From positions 1-41,293 of IMG/VR virus record IMGVR_UViG_3300043446_001070: a stretch of DNA of 41,293 bases. One strand, given 5' to 3'. Shown one piece after another: positions 16,234 to 24,418 of the stretch (positions are counted from its first letter, which is position 1; every line of letters begins with the position of its first letter). The DNA comes from a virus. Taxonomy: Duplodnaviria > Caudoviricetes. A program made the translations under genes and the position numbers. Below the pieces are notes generated by a model that searched no databases, had not been told where the DNA came from, and worked only from the letters and a program-made list of their open reading frames with translations.

Positions 16234-16457
16234 CAGATCTTGTATGCAACGACCTTGCCGCTTGTCAGGGTCACACTGGTAAAAACGCCTTCGATTTCAT
16301 CGCCCGCATTAAGGGGAACAGATGTAAAGGCATTGCCGCTGGCATTCTGCACTGTGGCGGTGTTGATCACCGCATCCGCTAGCGCATAGAGCTTGTAAAA
16401 CCTGCCGGTGTGCGCCGCAGTGTCAGAAATGTACTCAAACCCAATGCTGTAATCCAT
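16233..16457 (-). CDS. Small virion-associated protein
   Basis: Likely start at ATG 16457 (MDYSIGFEYISDT), adjacent to the upstream stop; beta-rich, ends GKVVAYKI. Confidence 0.6.
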   Translation of the reverse strand: MDYSIGFEYISDTAAHTGRFYKLYALADAVINTATVQNASGNAFTSVPLNAGDEIEGVFTSVTLTSGKVVAYKI

Positions 16458-16458
16458 A

Positions 16459-17022
16459 TCAGCTCCTGCGAATGGAGAAATTGCCTGGTCCACTCATTCT
16501 AAGCCCGGTGAGGTACCGCTCCATGATCGGCGGCACTTTATCTGCGCCTACTGCACCAAATCCCACATTGGGCGTCACGGACAAGCTGCCGATCGACACG
16601 CTTTTGTAGTCTTCAAGCCCACTCAGCCCTAGTGCATCGGCGTTGTTGTTGAGGAACACCGCTAGCGCAACTTGGGCACGCTTGATCTGATCTGGGATCT
16701 CGGTATCGGTGTAATAGTCCGTCGTGATGCGGAATGGGAAGCCGATGCTATATGTGTTGATATAGGTATCAGGCTTTCGCACGCCCGTACGCGGCCATTG
16801 CAGCGCTTGCGTATCAGTGGCGCGGGCGCCAAGATAGCGCTCACGATCTAGCCGCTGTGTGGCGCTATAAAGCGCTCGGTTCTTTTGGTCGGTTGTGGCA
16901 GTCGCCCAAGCTGTAACGTCGGCGTCTTCCACCATGCCATCAACAATGGCTTGGGCATCAGCCAGCGTGATGTAGCTGTTGGCTGTTGCCGAGCCAATCG
17001 TGGCATCAATTGCTATCGCCAT
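16459..17022 (-). CDS. Head-tail adaptor (DnaT-like phage family)
   Basis: ANSYITLADA...QALQWPR...IPDQIKRAQ motifs; downstream of the capsid genes. Confidence 0.8.
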   Translation of the reverse strand: MAIAIDATIGSATANSYITLADAQAIVDGMVEDADVTAWATATTDQKNRALYSATQRLDRERYLGARATDTQALQWPRTGVRKPDTYINTYSIGFPFRITTDYYTDTEIPDQIKRAQVALAVFLNNNADALGLSGLEDYKSVSIGSLSVTPNVGFGAVGADKVPPIMERYLTGLRMSGPGNFSIRRS

Positions 17023-17167
17023 CGGTCAGCCTTGGCTTTGCAGGTTTGCGCCGCTTGGGTTGCAGCGGTTCTAGTTCCATCGTAGGCGCTACAGGCTGAG
17101 CAAAAGAGGCCGCCTCAGAAGAGGCAGCCTCACGCTCGCGCATTCGCCTAAAAGCGAACATGCCCAT
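17006..17167 (-). CDS. Small hypothetical protein, 53 aa (not in ORF track)
   Basis: MGMFAFRRMREREAASSEAASFAQPVAPTMELEPLQPKRRKPAKPRLTDGDSN*; TGATG coupling to the upstream gene. Confidence 0.6.
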   Translation of the reverse strand: MGMFAFRRMREREAASSEAASFAQPVAPTMELEPLQPKRRKPAKPRLTDGDSN

Positions 17168-17535
17168 CAGTCGGCCGCGGCCTTGATGACAACAAAGTTG
17201 AGCACCACGGCTTCGCCGGCAGTGCTGCCGACGTTGCTAACGGTGACATCAAAGCTGCCGGCGGCAGTGGCAGTCACGAACGGCAGGTATTTGCCGGTCG
17301 TAGCGCCAGACTTGACCGACACCAGCACAACATCAGTGGCGGCAACTTCGCTGTTGGTAACAGTGAAAGTCACCTCTGCATCGCCAGTCAGCGACGCATT
17401 GTGCATGGTGATAGCGCCACAAGGCTTGTTCAGCGTGACGCCGGTGGACTTGCTGGTGGCCTGGGTGACGGCACCGCCAAGGCCGCTGGTGTAACCCAGT
17501 GCCTTGCCGGAAACCACCTCAAAAACGGATGCCAT
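17167..17535 (-). CDS. Capsid decoration/auxiliary protein
   Basis: GGAVTQATSKSTGVTLNKPCGAITM; directly after the major capsid gene. Confidence 0.65.
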   Translation of the reverse strand: MASVFEVVSGKALGYTSGLGGAVTQATSKSTGVTLNKPCGAITMHNASLTGDAEVTFTVTNSEVAATDVVLVSVKSGATTGKYLPFVTATAAGSFDVTVSNVGSTAGEAVVLNFVVIKAAAD

Positions 17536-17546
17536 GGTTAGATTCC

Positions 17547-18569
17547 TCAGTCAAAGTTGGAAGTAACCGTAGCCCGCACGACACCAATGTTCTTGGTTTC
17601 GTACACCTTCTCCCAGTTGGTAATGGTCTCCAGCTGAGTGCGGGTCGGATTGGTGGTAGTCACTTTCCACCGGGCGCCGATTGGGTGGTAGCAATAATGG
17701 AGGTCAATCGACATGGCATCACTCTTGGCGAGGATGTCACGATCAACTTCAGTCTCCATTGCCATCTGCTCGCCGGAGCCGATAGCGCCTTGGGTGAAGA
17801 AATAGGCCGCGTATTCGGTGCTGGAGCCAGACCCTGCAGTCTGGACATCATCCGAAATGATGACCCGCAGGCCCATGAATGTGGGAACCTGCACTTCGCC
17901 AAAAGCATTGGCAATGCTGCCGCCGCTTTGGGTGGTCGATGTGCCGCGAGCATCGTTAGTGCTCACGTAGTCGATGGCACGGCGCTCCACCAAGTCGTAG
18001 TAGACCTTGGAGTGGATAGCCATGGCGGTCAGCTTCTCGCCTTGATCGCCCAGCAGGCTGCGAGCCTCTGCAACGTGGCGGGGGCTAAGCACAGTCGGGC
18101 TATCGGCAGTCAGGCCATCAATCGACAGCTCCACAAATGGGGCGCTGTCGTTGGTGCCAAGCGTGCCAAAAACACCGGCAAGGCAAGCCAGCAAGTCCTT
18201 TTGACGCTGATTGGCCACGTAGTCGGCAATCTTGGCGCCAATGGCAGCCATCGGGTCCGATCCGGCGGCAAGCGCCGCAAGGTCGCGAGCCTCAAACGCA
18301 CGGCCGCGGTGGAGGATGACGCCAGTTTGCTTGGCAGCTTGAATTTTGCCGGGCGTCAGCGAGGTGCTGTCGGACAGCACTTCAAAGTCACCAGACAGAT
18401 TGGCCTTCCAGAAAGGCACATTGATAAAATCACCGCCCTCGGTGGCATTCAGCTCCGCCATCGGCTGCACCACGCCGGATGCCAGGAAGGCATCACGCTG
18501 CGTGGTTTGCTCAATGACGTACGGCGTAAATACCTCGGGGATGATGATGTCAGAGCGAAGAGTCGCCAT
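17547..18569 (-). CDS. Major capsid protein
   Basis: 340 aa; SDIIIPEVFTPYV...GGDFINVPFW...ETEVDRDIL; follows the scaffold gene. Confidence 0.92.
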   Translation of the reverse strand: MATLRSDIIIPEVFTPYVIEQTTQRDAFLASGVVQPMAELNATEGGDFINVPFWKANLSGDFEVLSDSTSLTPGKIQAAKQTGVILHRGRAFEARDLAALAAGSDPMAAIGAKIADYVANQRQKDLLACLAGVFGTLGTNDSAPFVELSIDGLTADSPTVLSPRHVAEARSLLGDQGEKLTAMAIHSKVYYDLVERRAIDYVSTNDARGTSTTQSGGSIANAFGEVQVPTFMGLRVIISDDVQTAGSGSSTEYAAYFFTQGAIGSGEQMAMETEVDRDILAKSDAMSIDLHYCYHPIGARWKVTTTNPTRTQLETITNWEKVYETKNIGVVRATVTSNFD

Positions 18570-18640
18570 GAATCAGATCCTGTGGTTTACGGGTGTGTGG
18601 GCGCAGCCCTTGCCTACCAGCGCAGCCGGTTTGATATATC

Positions 18641-19309
18641 CTAGCGTGCTGCGGCTGCTTTTAATCTCTCATATAGATCGCGATCGGTCTTAAACAGTCG
18701 CGATTGTTCAGTGAGATTGAATGATTCCTTGAGAAATGGGTTTGTTACGCCGGCTGGGATGGCGCTTGTTGCAGCACCGGCAGATGGTGCGCCACTGCCT
18801 TGCGGTTTGGGCTGCTTCAGCATCCACGCTGGCAGGGTCTTGGCCCATTCAGACACCGGCGTGCGTTGATAACCATCAACAACCACGACAGTGCCATCTG
18901 CCTCGCGCTCAATCTTGTCTGTAGTGAGCTTGGTCTTCAGCACGAGATCAGGGTCATGCACAAGATCAGCCAGTGCCGACACTGCGGGGCTGACTAACTC
19001 CAGCTCACGCACACGGGCTTCAAGTTCGGCAATGCGCTGGTCCTTCTGCGCCGTCGCCTCACGGAACTGCTGCTCCAAAGCTTGTCTGGCTTCGGTGTAA
19101 TTACCTTGCGCTTCCAGCTGCTGCTGCTCGGCTTTGCGCTTGAAGTCCAGTAACTCATCGACATTGACCCCATCCGGCACCTTAGGCGCCTTCTTGGCTT
19201 GCCGCAGCTCGGCAATCAGTTCTTTGTTTTTGGCCTCTAGCGCTTCAACACTGCGCTGCAGCATTTCAGCATCAACAGCCGCAGGCTGCTGATTGGTTTC
19301 TTCAGACAT
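18641..19309 (-). CDS. Capsid scaffolding protein
   Basis: Coiled-coil N-terminal part, GSGA linker and NPFLK...NLTEQ C-terminus; directly upstream of the major capsid gene. Confidence 0.85.
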   Translation of the reverse strand: MSEETNQQPAAVDAEMLQRSVEALEAKNKELIAELRQAKKAPKVPDGVNVDELLDFKRKAEQQQLEAQGNYTEARQALEQQFREATAQKDQRIAELEARVRELELVSPAVSALADLVHDPDLVLKTKLTTDKIEREADGTVVVVDGYQRTPVSEWAKTLPAWMLKQPKPQGSGAPSAGAATSAIPAGVTNPFLKESFNLTEQSRLFKTDRDLYERLKAAAAR

Positions 19310-19353
19310 GCATCCCGCAGGGATATGGTTGCGTCAGCAGTTTACACCTAGCA

Positions 19354-19779
19354 TCATTTCTTGCCGGGCAATCGTTTGCTGCTGGTGCCTTTGATTTTTG
19401 AACTTTGCCGGTTACCGCCTAGCGCCTGCTGTGCACCACGGAAATAGCGTGCGTCTGATTGCGCAAGCTGGCGAAGGGCGCCTTGTAATGCGCCACTAGC
19501 GCTGCCACTGCGATTAGCTCCCGATGCGGAGCTGGTTGGCCTGGCTGCGGCTCCTTGCCGCACATTGCGCTGAATAATCCGCATACCTGCAACATCTCCG
19601 CCTAGTGCGTGCAGGCGATCCTGCTCTGACTTGTATAAGGCGCGCTGTCCCTTTCGTAGTTTTTTGGTAATCGCACCGCCAGGTTTGGACGGCGCTTTAG
19701 GTTTATTGCGGCTGGCGACAGTGCCACCTGTTGCAGAAAACCGTCCTTTGCGATCTCTGATATATCTGCGGACTGCCAT
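19354..19779 (-). CDS. Highly basic protein with N-terminal RRYIRDRKGRF motif
   Basis: K/R-rich and low complexity; N-terminus similar to 20324..21301. Confidence 0.7.
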   Translation of the reverse strand: MAVRRYIRDRKGRFSATGGTVASRNKPKAPSKPGGAITKKLRKGQRALYKSEQDRLHALGGDVAGMRIIQRNVRQGAAARPTSSASGANRSGSASGALQGALRQLAQSDARYFRGAQQALGGNRQSSKIKGTSSKRLPGKK

Positions 19780-19955
19780 TATTTCCTCTTGCGTGCTTTG
19801 CCGGCTTCACTCAGCGCAATTGCTATCGCCTGCTTCCGGCTTTTGACCTTTGCGCCTTTGCCGGGGCCTGGCTTGCCGCTGTGTAGCGTGCCCGCTTTGT
19901 ACTCCTTCATCACCTTGCTTACCTTCTTCTGCGCCGCTGTTTTCTTCTTTGCCAT
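19779..19955 (-). CDS. Small basic protein (DUF6496-like)
   Basis: Start at ATG 19955: MAKKKTAAQKKVSKVMKEYKAGTLHSGK...VKSRKQAIAIALSEAGK. Confidence 0.75.
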   Translation of the reverse strand: MAKKKTAAQKKVSKVMKEYKAGTLHSGKPGPGKGAKVKSRKQAIAIALSEAGKARKRK

Positions 19956-20151
19956 GGCGCCATTCTGCAACATCTGACAACAATTTAGACCCATCGGCTG
20001 CGGCCCATCCTTTGTCGGTATAGATAGCAGGTATCCATGCACCATCAACCAGCACGTCCACAAGGTCACTTGAGATATAGAAGATCCCGCGATTCTCGAA
20101 ATGGCGCAGGTCTGGCGGCTTCCAAGTCACTTGCGACGGAGCGTTTTGCAA
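19807..20151 (-). CDS. Hypothetical protein (start uncertain: TTG 20151 or GTG 20130)
   Basis: The N-terminal ~65 aa look globular. The C-terminus overlaps the next gene in another frame. Confidence 0.5.
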   Translation of the reverse strand: MQNAPSQVTWKPPDLRHFENRGIFYISSDLVDVLVDGAWIPAIYTDKGWAAADGSKLLSDVAEWRHGKEENSGAEEGKQGDEGVQSGHATQRQARPRQRRKGQKPEAGDSNCAE

Positions 20152-20155
20152 TGCA

Positions 20156-20287
20156 TCAGTTTAGGCCTCTGTTGATCACCGTTTTGACCGTGCCGTCCTG
20201 CTTGATGGCGATCACCTTATGGATGCGGGGCTCAGTGCCCTTCGGCTTGAGGAGGCGGCCGACAGCGGTGACTTCAGGTTTGATCAT
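20156..20287 (-). CDS. Small hypothetical protein, 43 aa (not in ORF track)
   Basis: MIKPEVTAVGRLLKPKGTEPRIHKVIAIKQDGTVKTVINRGLN*; preceded by a TAGCCT element. Confidence 0.55.
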   Translation of the reverse strand: MIKPEVTAVGRLLKPKGTEPRIHKVIAIKQDGTVKTVINRGLN

Positions 20288-20323
20288 GAGTGGCTTGTGA
20301 CTGCTACTGCAGGCTAGGCAGGG

Positions 20324-21301
20324 CTAGGGCTTACGACGACGACGACGAATGGTGCTCGTCGACCGCACCAGCCCACGATTTGCTGCCTTCTCCGTTGCCA
20401 GAACCACTTTCTGAACGTCGTCGGGCGCCTGCAGTCGAGCAACCCTGCCCTGTCTCGCTAATGACTGCGCTTTTGCCTTTGCTTCTTTGCTAGCAACAAA
20501 AAAGCTGTCCTGATTAACGGTTGAAACCTTGTTCTTTGGCACTCGCACAGACAAGACCGTGCCACCGCCTGTCTTGCCTTCAGCAACCGACTTGTAGTAA
20601 CCAGCAACGCGCTTATCGCTTGAGAAGTACACGCCTTTGCCCAAGAAGCCATCTGAAGACGCCCTGAACCCACCGCTGCGGATGGAATCGGCGGCTTCCT
20701 TGCTGGTGCCGTGATACAACCGTTGAAACTCCAACTTCTTATCACTGCCACCTAGGCGGCGCCCTTTGTTGGTAGCGGCTTCAGGCTTGGAAGCTGCAGC
20801 AGGCTTAGCGGCAGGCTTGCTTGGCGAGGGTTTGGTTGACCGACTCTTGCCAATCGTCCCTGCAGGCTTGCCCCCTGCAGGAGCAGCTGGCTTAGGAGTC
20901 AATGCCCCAGGCTTGATCCTTGCAGTGGTGCCGCCGCCCTGCTTGGACCTCACATCCGCAACCAAACCAACGAAGTCCGAATCCTTGCTCACGCCACGCT
21001 TCACCATCTCGGTAACGCGTTGCCTATCTGAACGGAAACGCTTGTCGGTCATCACGTCGCGGGCAATCTTCTGATCAGCCGTGAGTTGACGCGGGGAGTT
21101 GGCGATCTTGTTTGCAGGCTTGGCCGCAGGCTTTGCTGCCCTGTTCTTCCCGATCGCCCCGGCAAGCTTGCCCCCTGCAATCTCCTTGGTCTCGGTCGCT
21201 CTCTTGTTACCCGCTGCAGTCCTCAGCCGCCCACCCCTGGCAGTAGCACCAACAGTGGCAAACCGCCCACGGTTGTCACGAACGTAGGCGCGGCGTGCCA
21301 C
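20324..21301 (-). CDS. Basic histone-H1-like protein with C-terminal PARP/HYE-type ADP-ribosyltransferase-like domain
   Basis: N-terminal RRAYVRDNRGRF; KPAAKPA repeats; LYHGTS...IRSGGF...GFLGKGVYFS...AGYY...VLSVRV matches ART strands. Confidence 0.75.
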   Translation of the reverse strand: MARRAYVRDNRGRFATVGATARGGRLRTAAGNKRATETKEIAGGKLAGAIGKNRAAKPAAKPANKIANSPRQLTADQKIARDVMTDKRFRSDRQRVTEMVKRGVSKDSDFVGLVADVRSKQGGGTTARIKPGALTPKPAAPAGGKPAGTIGKSRSTKPSPSKPAAKPAAASKPEAATNKGRRLGGSDKKLEFQRLYHGTSKEAADSIRSGGFRASSDGFLGKGVYFSSDKRVAGYYKSVAEGKTGGGTVLSVRVPKNKVSTVNQDSFFVASKEAKAKAQSLARQGRVARLQAPDDVQKVVLATEKAANRGLVRSTSTIRRRRRKP

Positions 21302-21323
21302 GACAAACGAATCAACTATCGCT

Positions 21324-22511
21324 TCAGTCTAAGCGGCCATACCGGCGTTTAAGGTCGTCAAGTGTGAGTTCTGATCCATCATCACGCACCAACTTGGCGA
21401 TGGCATCGCGGGCGCCATGCTTACTGGCCAGCCGCTGGAAATACGCAACCTTGCCGGGCCCCAGCACTTCAGCCTGGACTGATTGCGGCTGCTTGGCTAG
21501 CCATTCGCCATAACTAGTGTTGACCGGCACTGGGCCATCTTTGCTGGCGCGCTTGGCAACCGTTGATGGCGGCAAAATGTCAGGATCAATCACTGGCACC
21601 GTAGTGCTGCGGCAGTTGAAATGTTGCGGCGGCATTGGCCCTTTGCCATATTCAAACTCCCTGCCGTCCAATGCGCGACAGATGGCACTAGTGCGCGTAT
21701 CTAGCGTCGCCACGTAGCGATACCGCGGCGTGATGTCTTGGTTGGCTTCATATACCTGCTGGCTAGCGGCATTTGCCACTTGATTGATGCTGGTGCGGAC
21801 TAGCGCCACTATTTGGTTATTGGCCACGGCCGTAGACTGCCCGCCTGCCGCTGCTAACTGCGCCACAGTCTTGGCTTCTTCGCCAAATTGCAGGCTGCCG
21901 ATCAAGCGTTTGGCAATGCTCGGCGTAGTTTCACCTGTAAGCAAACCTTGCCGCACCACTTGGCTAAACCGCTCAGCTTGATCAACTGCAATGCCGCGAA
22001 ATGCCTTTTCAACAACACGTCCATTGGGCAATGTGATTGTGGCACCTTGTGCTGCGGTGAGACTGTAAGTCTGCGGTGCGCCTTGGACAGCCGCTACAAG
22101 GTCGTCGCTCAAGGTAACGACGTTGATCTGTGTCGGGTCGGTGGTGACCACACTCTCGGCGAATTGCGGGCTAATTTCCACAGTCCGTACAGCACTGGGC
22201 GCGCCAGGTGGTAGCGCCTTGCGTAGCTCATCGGCTACAAATTCCGATTGCAGCAATGCCAGCCCTTGCAGCTCAGGCACCATCAGTTCGGTTGCATCGC
22301 CGGCCCATGTACCTAGGCTGTCTTTTAGCTGCGCCAGAATGCCCCGCAGCCGAGCCGCCTTGACTGGCGCTGCTAGGTCATCAATAATGCGCAGTTGGTT
22401 TACGGCATCAATGATGATGTCGTTATAGGCATTGATGATTCGCCGCGCAACGCTGTTGCTGTAGCGGTTCAGATCAATGGCATTGCGGTATAGGCTCGGC
22501 GGTGTTGTCAC
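21324..22511 (-). CDS. MuF / SPP1 gp7-family minor head protein
   Basis: ATLDTRTSAICRALDG and PPQHFNCRST motifs; directly after the portal. Confidence 0.92.
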   Translation of the reverse strand: MTTPPSLYRNAIDLNRYSNSVARRIINAYNDIIIDAVNQLRIIDDLAAPVKAARLRGILAQLKDSLGTWAGDATELMVPELQGLALLQSEFVADELRKALPPGAPSAVRTVEISPQFAESVVTTDPTQINVVTLSDDLVAAVQGAPQTYSLTAAQGATITLPNGRVVEKAFRGIAVDQAERFSQVVRQGLLTGETTPSIAKRLIGSLQFGEEAKTVAQLAAAGGQSTAVANNQIVALVRTSINQVANAASQQVYEANQDITPRYRYVATLDTRTSAICRALDGREFEYGKGPMPPQHFNCRSTTVPVIDPDILPPSTVAKRASKDGPVPVNTSYGEWLAKQPQSVQAEVLGPGKVAYFQRLASKHGARDAIAKLVRDDGSELTLDDLKRRYGRLD

Positions 22512-23878
22512 GTTGCACCGGTCATGCCACCGCTTGCCGTAGCTTCTAGCTCATCCTGCACATTGAAATTGTCGCCAAGCACATCGCCCTCAACTAGTTC
22601 GCGCAGAAGCGTTTCCTTGCTGATCGTGCCGGCGGTATAAAGCTGCAGCAGGCTGCCAACATCGGCAGGTTCAAGCCTAGAGCCAAGGAAATCCCGATTG
22701 ACATAGCTGCTACCTGCATTGGCATTAGCGCCAAGATACTGGGCGTGGTATTGCAGGCAGTTATCAATCATGTCTTGCATATTTTGAGCAATTACCATCA
22801 TGGTGCTGTCGCCTTGGCTGCGGTCGATTTGCTTTGCCTCGGCTGTTTCCGCGGTCAACTTTTGGCCAAGCACAGCCGCTAGGCCAAGTTCATTGATCTG
22901 CTTTTCGAGCTGCTCAATACGTTGAAACTGATACTGAAAGCTGCTACCGCCGGGCTCAATATATTCAGCGCGGCCCTCAGCCGGAAATGCCAACGCTTCG
23001 CCAGGCCCTGCTGATACCTCTTCAGCACTACTTGGGAATCCATAAAACGCCAGCATCGGCACCGCTGAGATGTGCAGTTGATTGTCAAGGTCGCTTTGCA
23101 CTTGATATGCCTTGAGATTCAGCTCAGCGATATCTTCTAGCGGCGGTCGTGATTCCATAAACCCTTGGCGGTTGGCGTATGCCAAGCTGAAAGGGATTTC
23201 TTGCAGGCTGGTTGTACCTTCATCAACAACACGAAAATCGCCATCGTCCTTGCGCTGGTAAAGCCGATATTCGCCAGGTGTCAGCAGCCGTACCTGCTCC
23301 ACAGCCTTCTCGCCAAATTCGCCATCGGGTGCCACGACAGATTCAAGCAGCCGCAGTTGCGTCAGTCGTTGCTGACCTTCGCGTTGCTCAGACCGCCATC
23401 CAAGAATCTGCCGTGGCGTATAGGTGACCCAATATGGGCGACCGCCATCTGCCGGTGCATCTACTAGGCAGCCGATGTGCCCATAGCGCACCATCTTGCG
23501 GGCAGTCTCATAAACCCATACGTTTAGGTCGTTGCCTTGCAGATCAACATCAAACAGTTGCTCGCGGATGTCATCATCCGTTTCATCTAGGCGCACTGGC
23601 TTGCGCGTCAACATGCCAGCCATCATCCGCTCTAGCCGTTGGTAATACGGCGGCACCACCGACCGCGCCAATCGGTTGTCGTAGGACTCATCCAGCTCGC
23701 GGGGCTCCTGCGGTAGATATCGCCTGTGTTTGCGGCGCATCCCACAGGTGCCCTGCAGCAGATCTTCAATCAGGATCCAATGCGGCTCTTGCGCATACCA
23801 TGCCGTATTTGCATCCTGAACCCGCGTGACGCGGCGCTCTGCTGTCGTGCGATCGTAAAGGCTATAGCCGGTGTACAT
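22508..23878 (-). CDS. Portal protein (DUF4055-like)
   Basis: YLPQEPRE...YDNRLARS, DVDLQGN and PPLEDIAELN; between terminase and MuF. Confidence 0.88.
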   Translation of the reverse strand: MYTGYSLYDRTTAERRVTRVQDANTAWYAQEPHWILIEDLLQGTCGMRRKHRRYLPQEPRELDESYDNRLARSVVPPYYQRLERMMAGMLTRKPVRLDETDDDIREQLFDVDLQGNDLNVWVYETARKMVRYGHIGCLVDAPADGGRPYWVTYTPRQILGWRSEQREGQQRLTQLRLLESVVAPDGEFGEKAVEQVRLLTPGEYRLYQRKDDGDFRVVDEGTTSLQEIPFSLAYANRQGFMESRPPLEDIAELNLKAYQVQSDLDNQLHISAVPMLAFYGFPSSAEEVSAGPGEALAFPAEGRAEYIEPGGSSFQYQFQRIEQLEKQINELGLAAVLGQKLTAETAEAKQIDRSQGDSTMMVIAQNMQDMIDNCLQYHAQYLGANANAGSSYVNRDFLGSRLEPADVGSLLQLYTAGTISKETLLRELVEGDVLGDNFNVQDELEATASGGMTGAT

Positions 23879-23904
23879 TACAGCGCCGCGGTCATGAATA
23901 CAGT

Positions 23905-24225
23905 TTAAGCGGCAGTCAGCGTGATGCTATTGCGTGCAATCTTAATGCCAAACTCAGTGCCGGGTCCGTAGCCCATCTCACGCAGGTAGCCATCGCCGAT
24001 TTGCAACTTGCCATTGAATTGCACCTTAGCCTTGTAGGTCAGGCCACGGCCGCGCTTGGCTGACTTGTTGCCCAGGTCAACGCCTTTAGCTTCTAGCAGT
24101 GCCTCGTAGAACTGCGTGAATGCCGCGCGGTCGTTGATCACGTAACCGCAAGCGCGCACCAGTTCAGATTTAGACGCATCGCCCAGTTGCTTGACTTTGG
24201 CGAGTAGCTCGGCGCCCTTAAGCAT
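23905..24225 (-). CDS. Cyanobacterial-type AbrB-like transcription regulator (cyAbrB-like)
   Basis: LxGxELLxKVK...ACGY...FYEALLEAKG...GRxLTYKAKVQFNGKLQIGxGY...PGTEFxI. Confidence 0.85.
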   Translation of the reverse strand: MLKGAELLAKVKQLGDASKSELVRACGYVINDRAAFTQFYEALLEAKGVDLGNKSAKRGRGLTYKAKVQFNGKLQIGDGYLREMGYGPGTEFGIKIARNSITLTAA

Positions 24226-24277
24226 GGGTAGAGTTAATGGTTTGCGGAATCAATATAGCCTAATATCCGCCGCCGGC

Positions 24278-24418
24278 TTAGGGGATATGCCTATTCTCAA
24301 ACTTTGCTAGCTCGCGGATGGCAACCTTAAGGTTGGCGACCATAAATGTATTGCCTGCGCGCTCTGCCGCTTCTAGCGCTTTTAGCAAGCGTTGCATTCT
24401 GTCGGTGTTGCCGTTCAT
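24278..24418 (-). CDS. Small hypothetical protein, 46 aa (not in ORF track)
   Basis: MNGNTDRMQRLLKALEAAERAGNTFMVANLKVAIRELAKFENRHIP*; TGATG overlap with the terL stop. Confidence 0.55.
   Translation of the reverse strand: MNGNTDRMQRLLKALEAAERAGNTFMVANLKVAIRELAKFENRHIP

Noticed and set aside
17499-18644. 381-aa plus-strand ORF
   Set aside because: Antisense shadow of the major capsid gene; no recognisable motifs; expected in GC-rich coding DNA.
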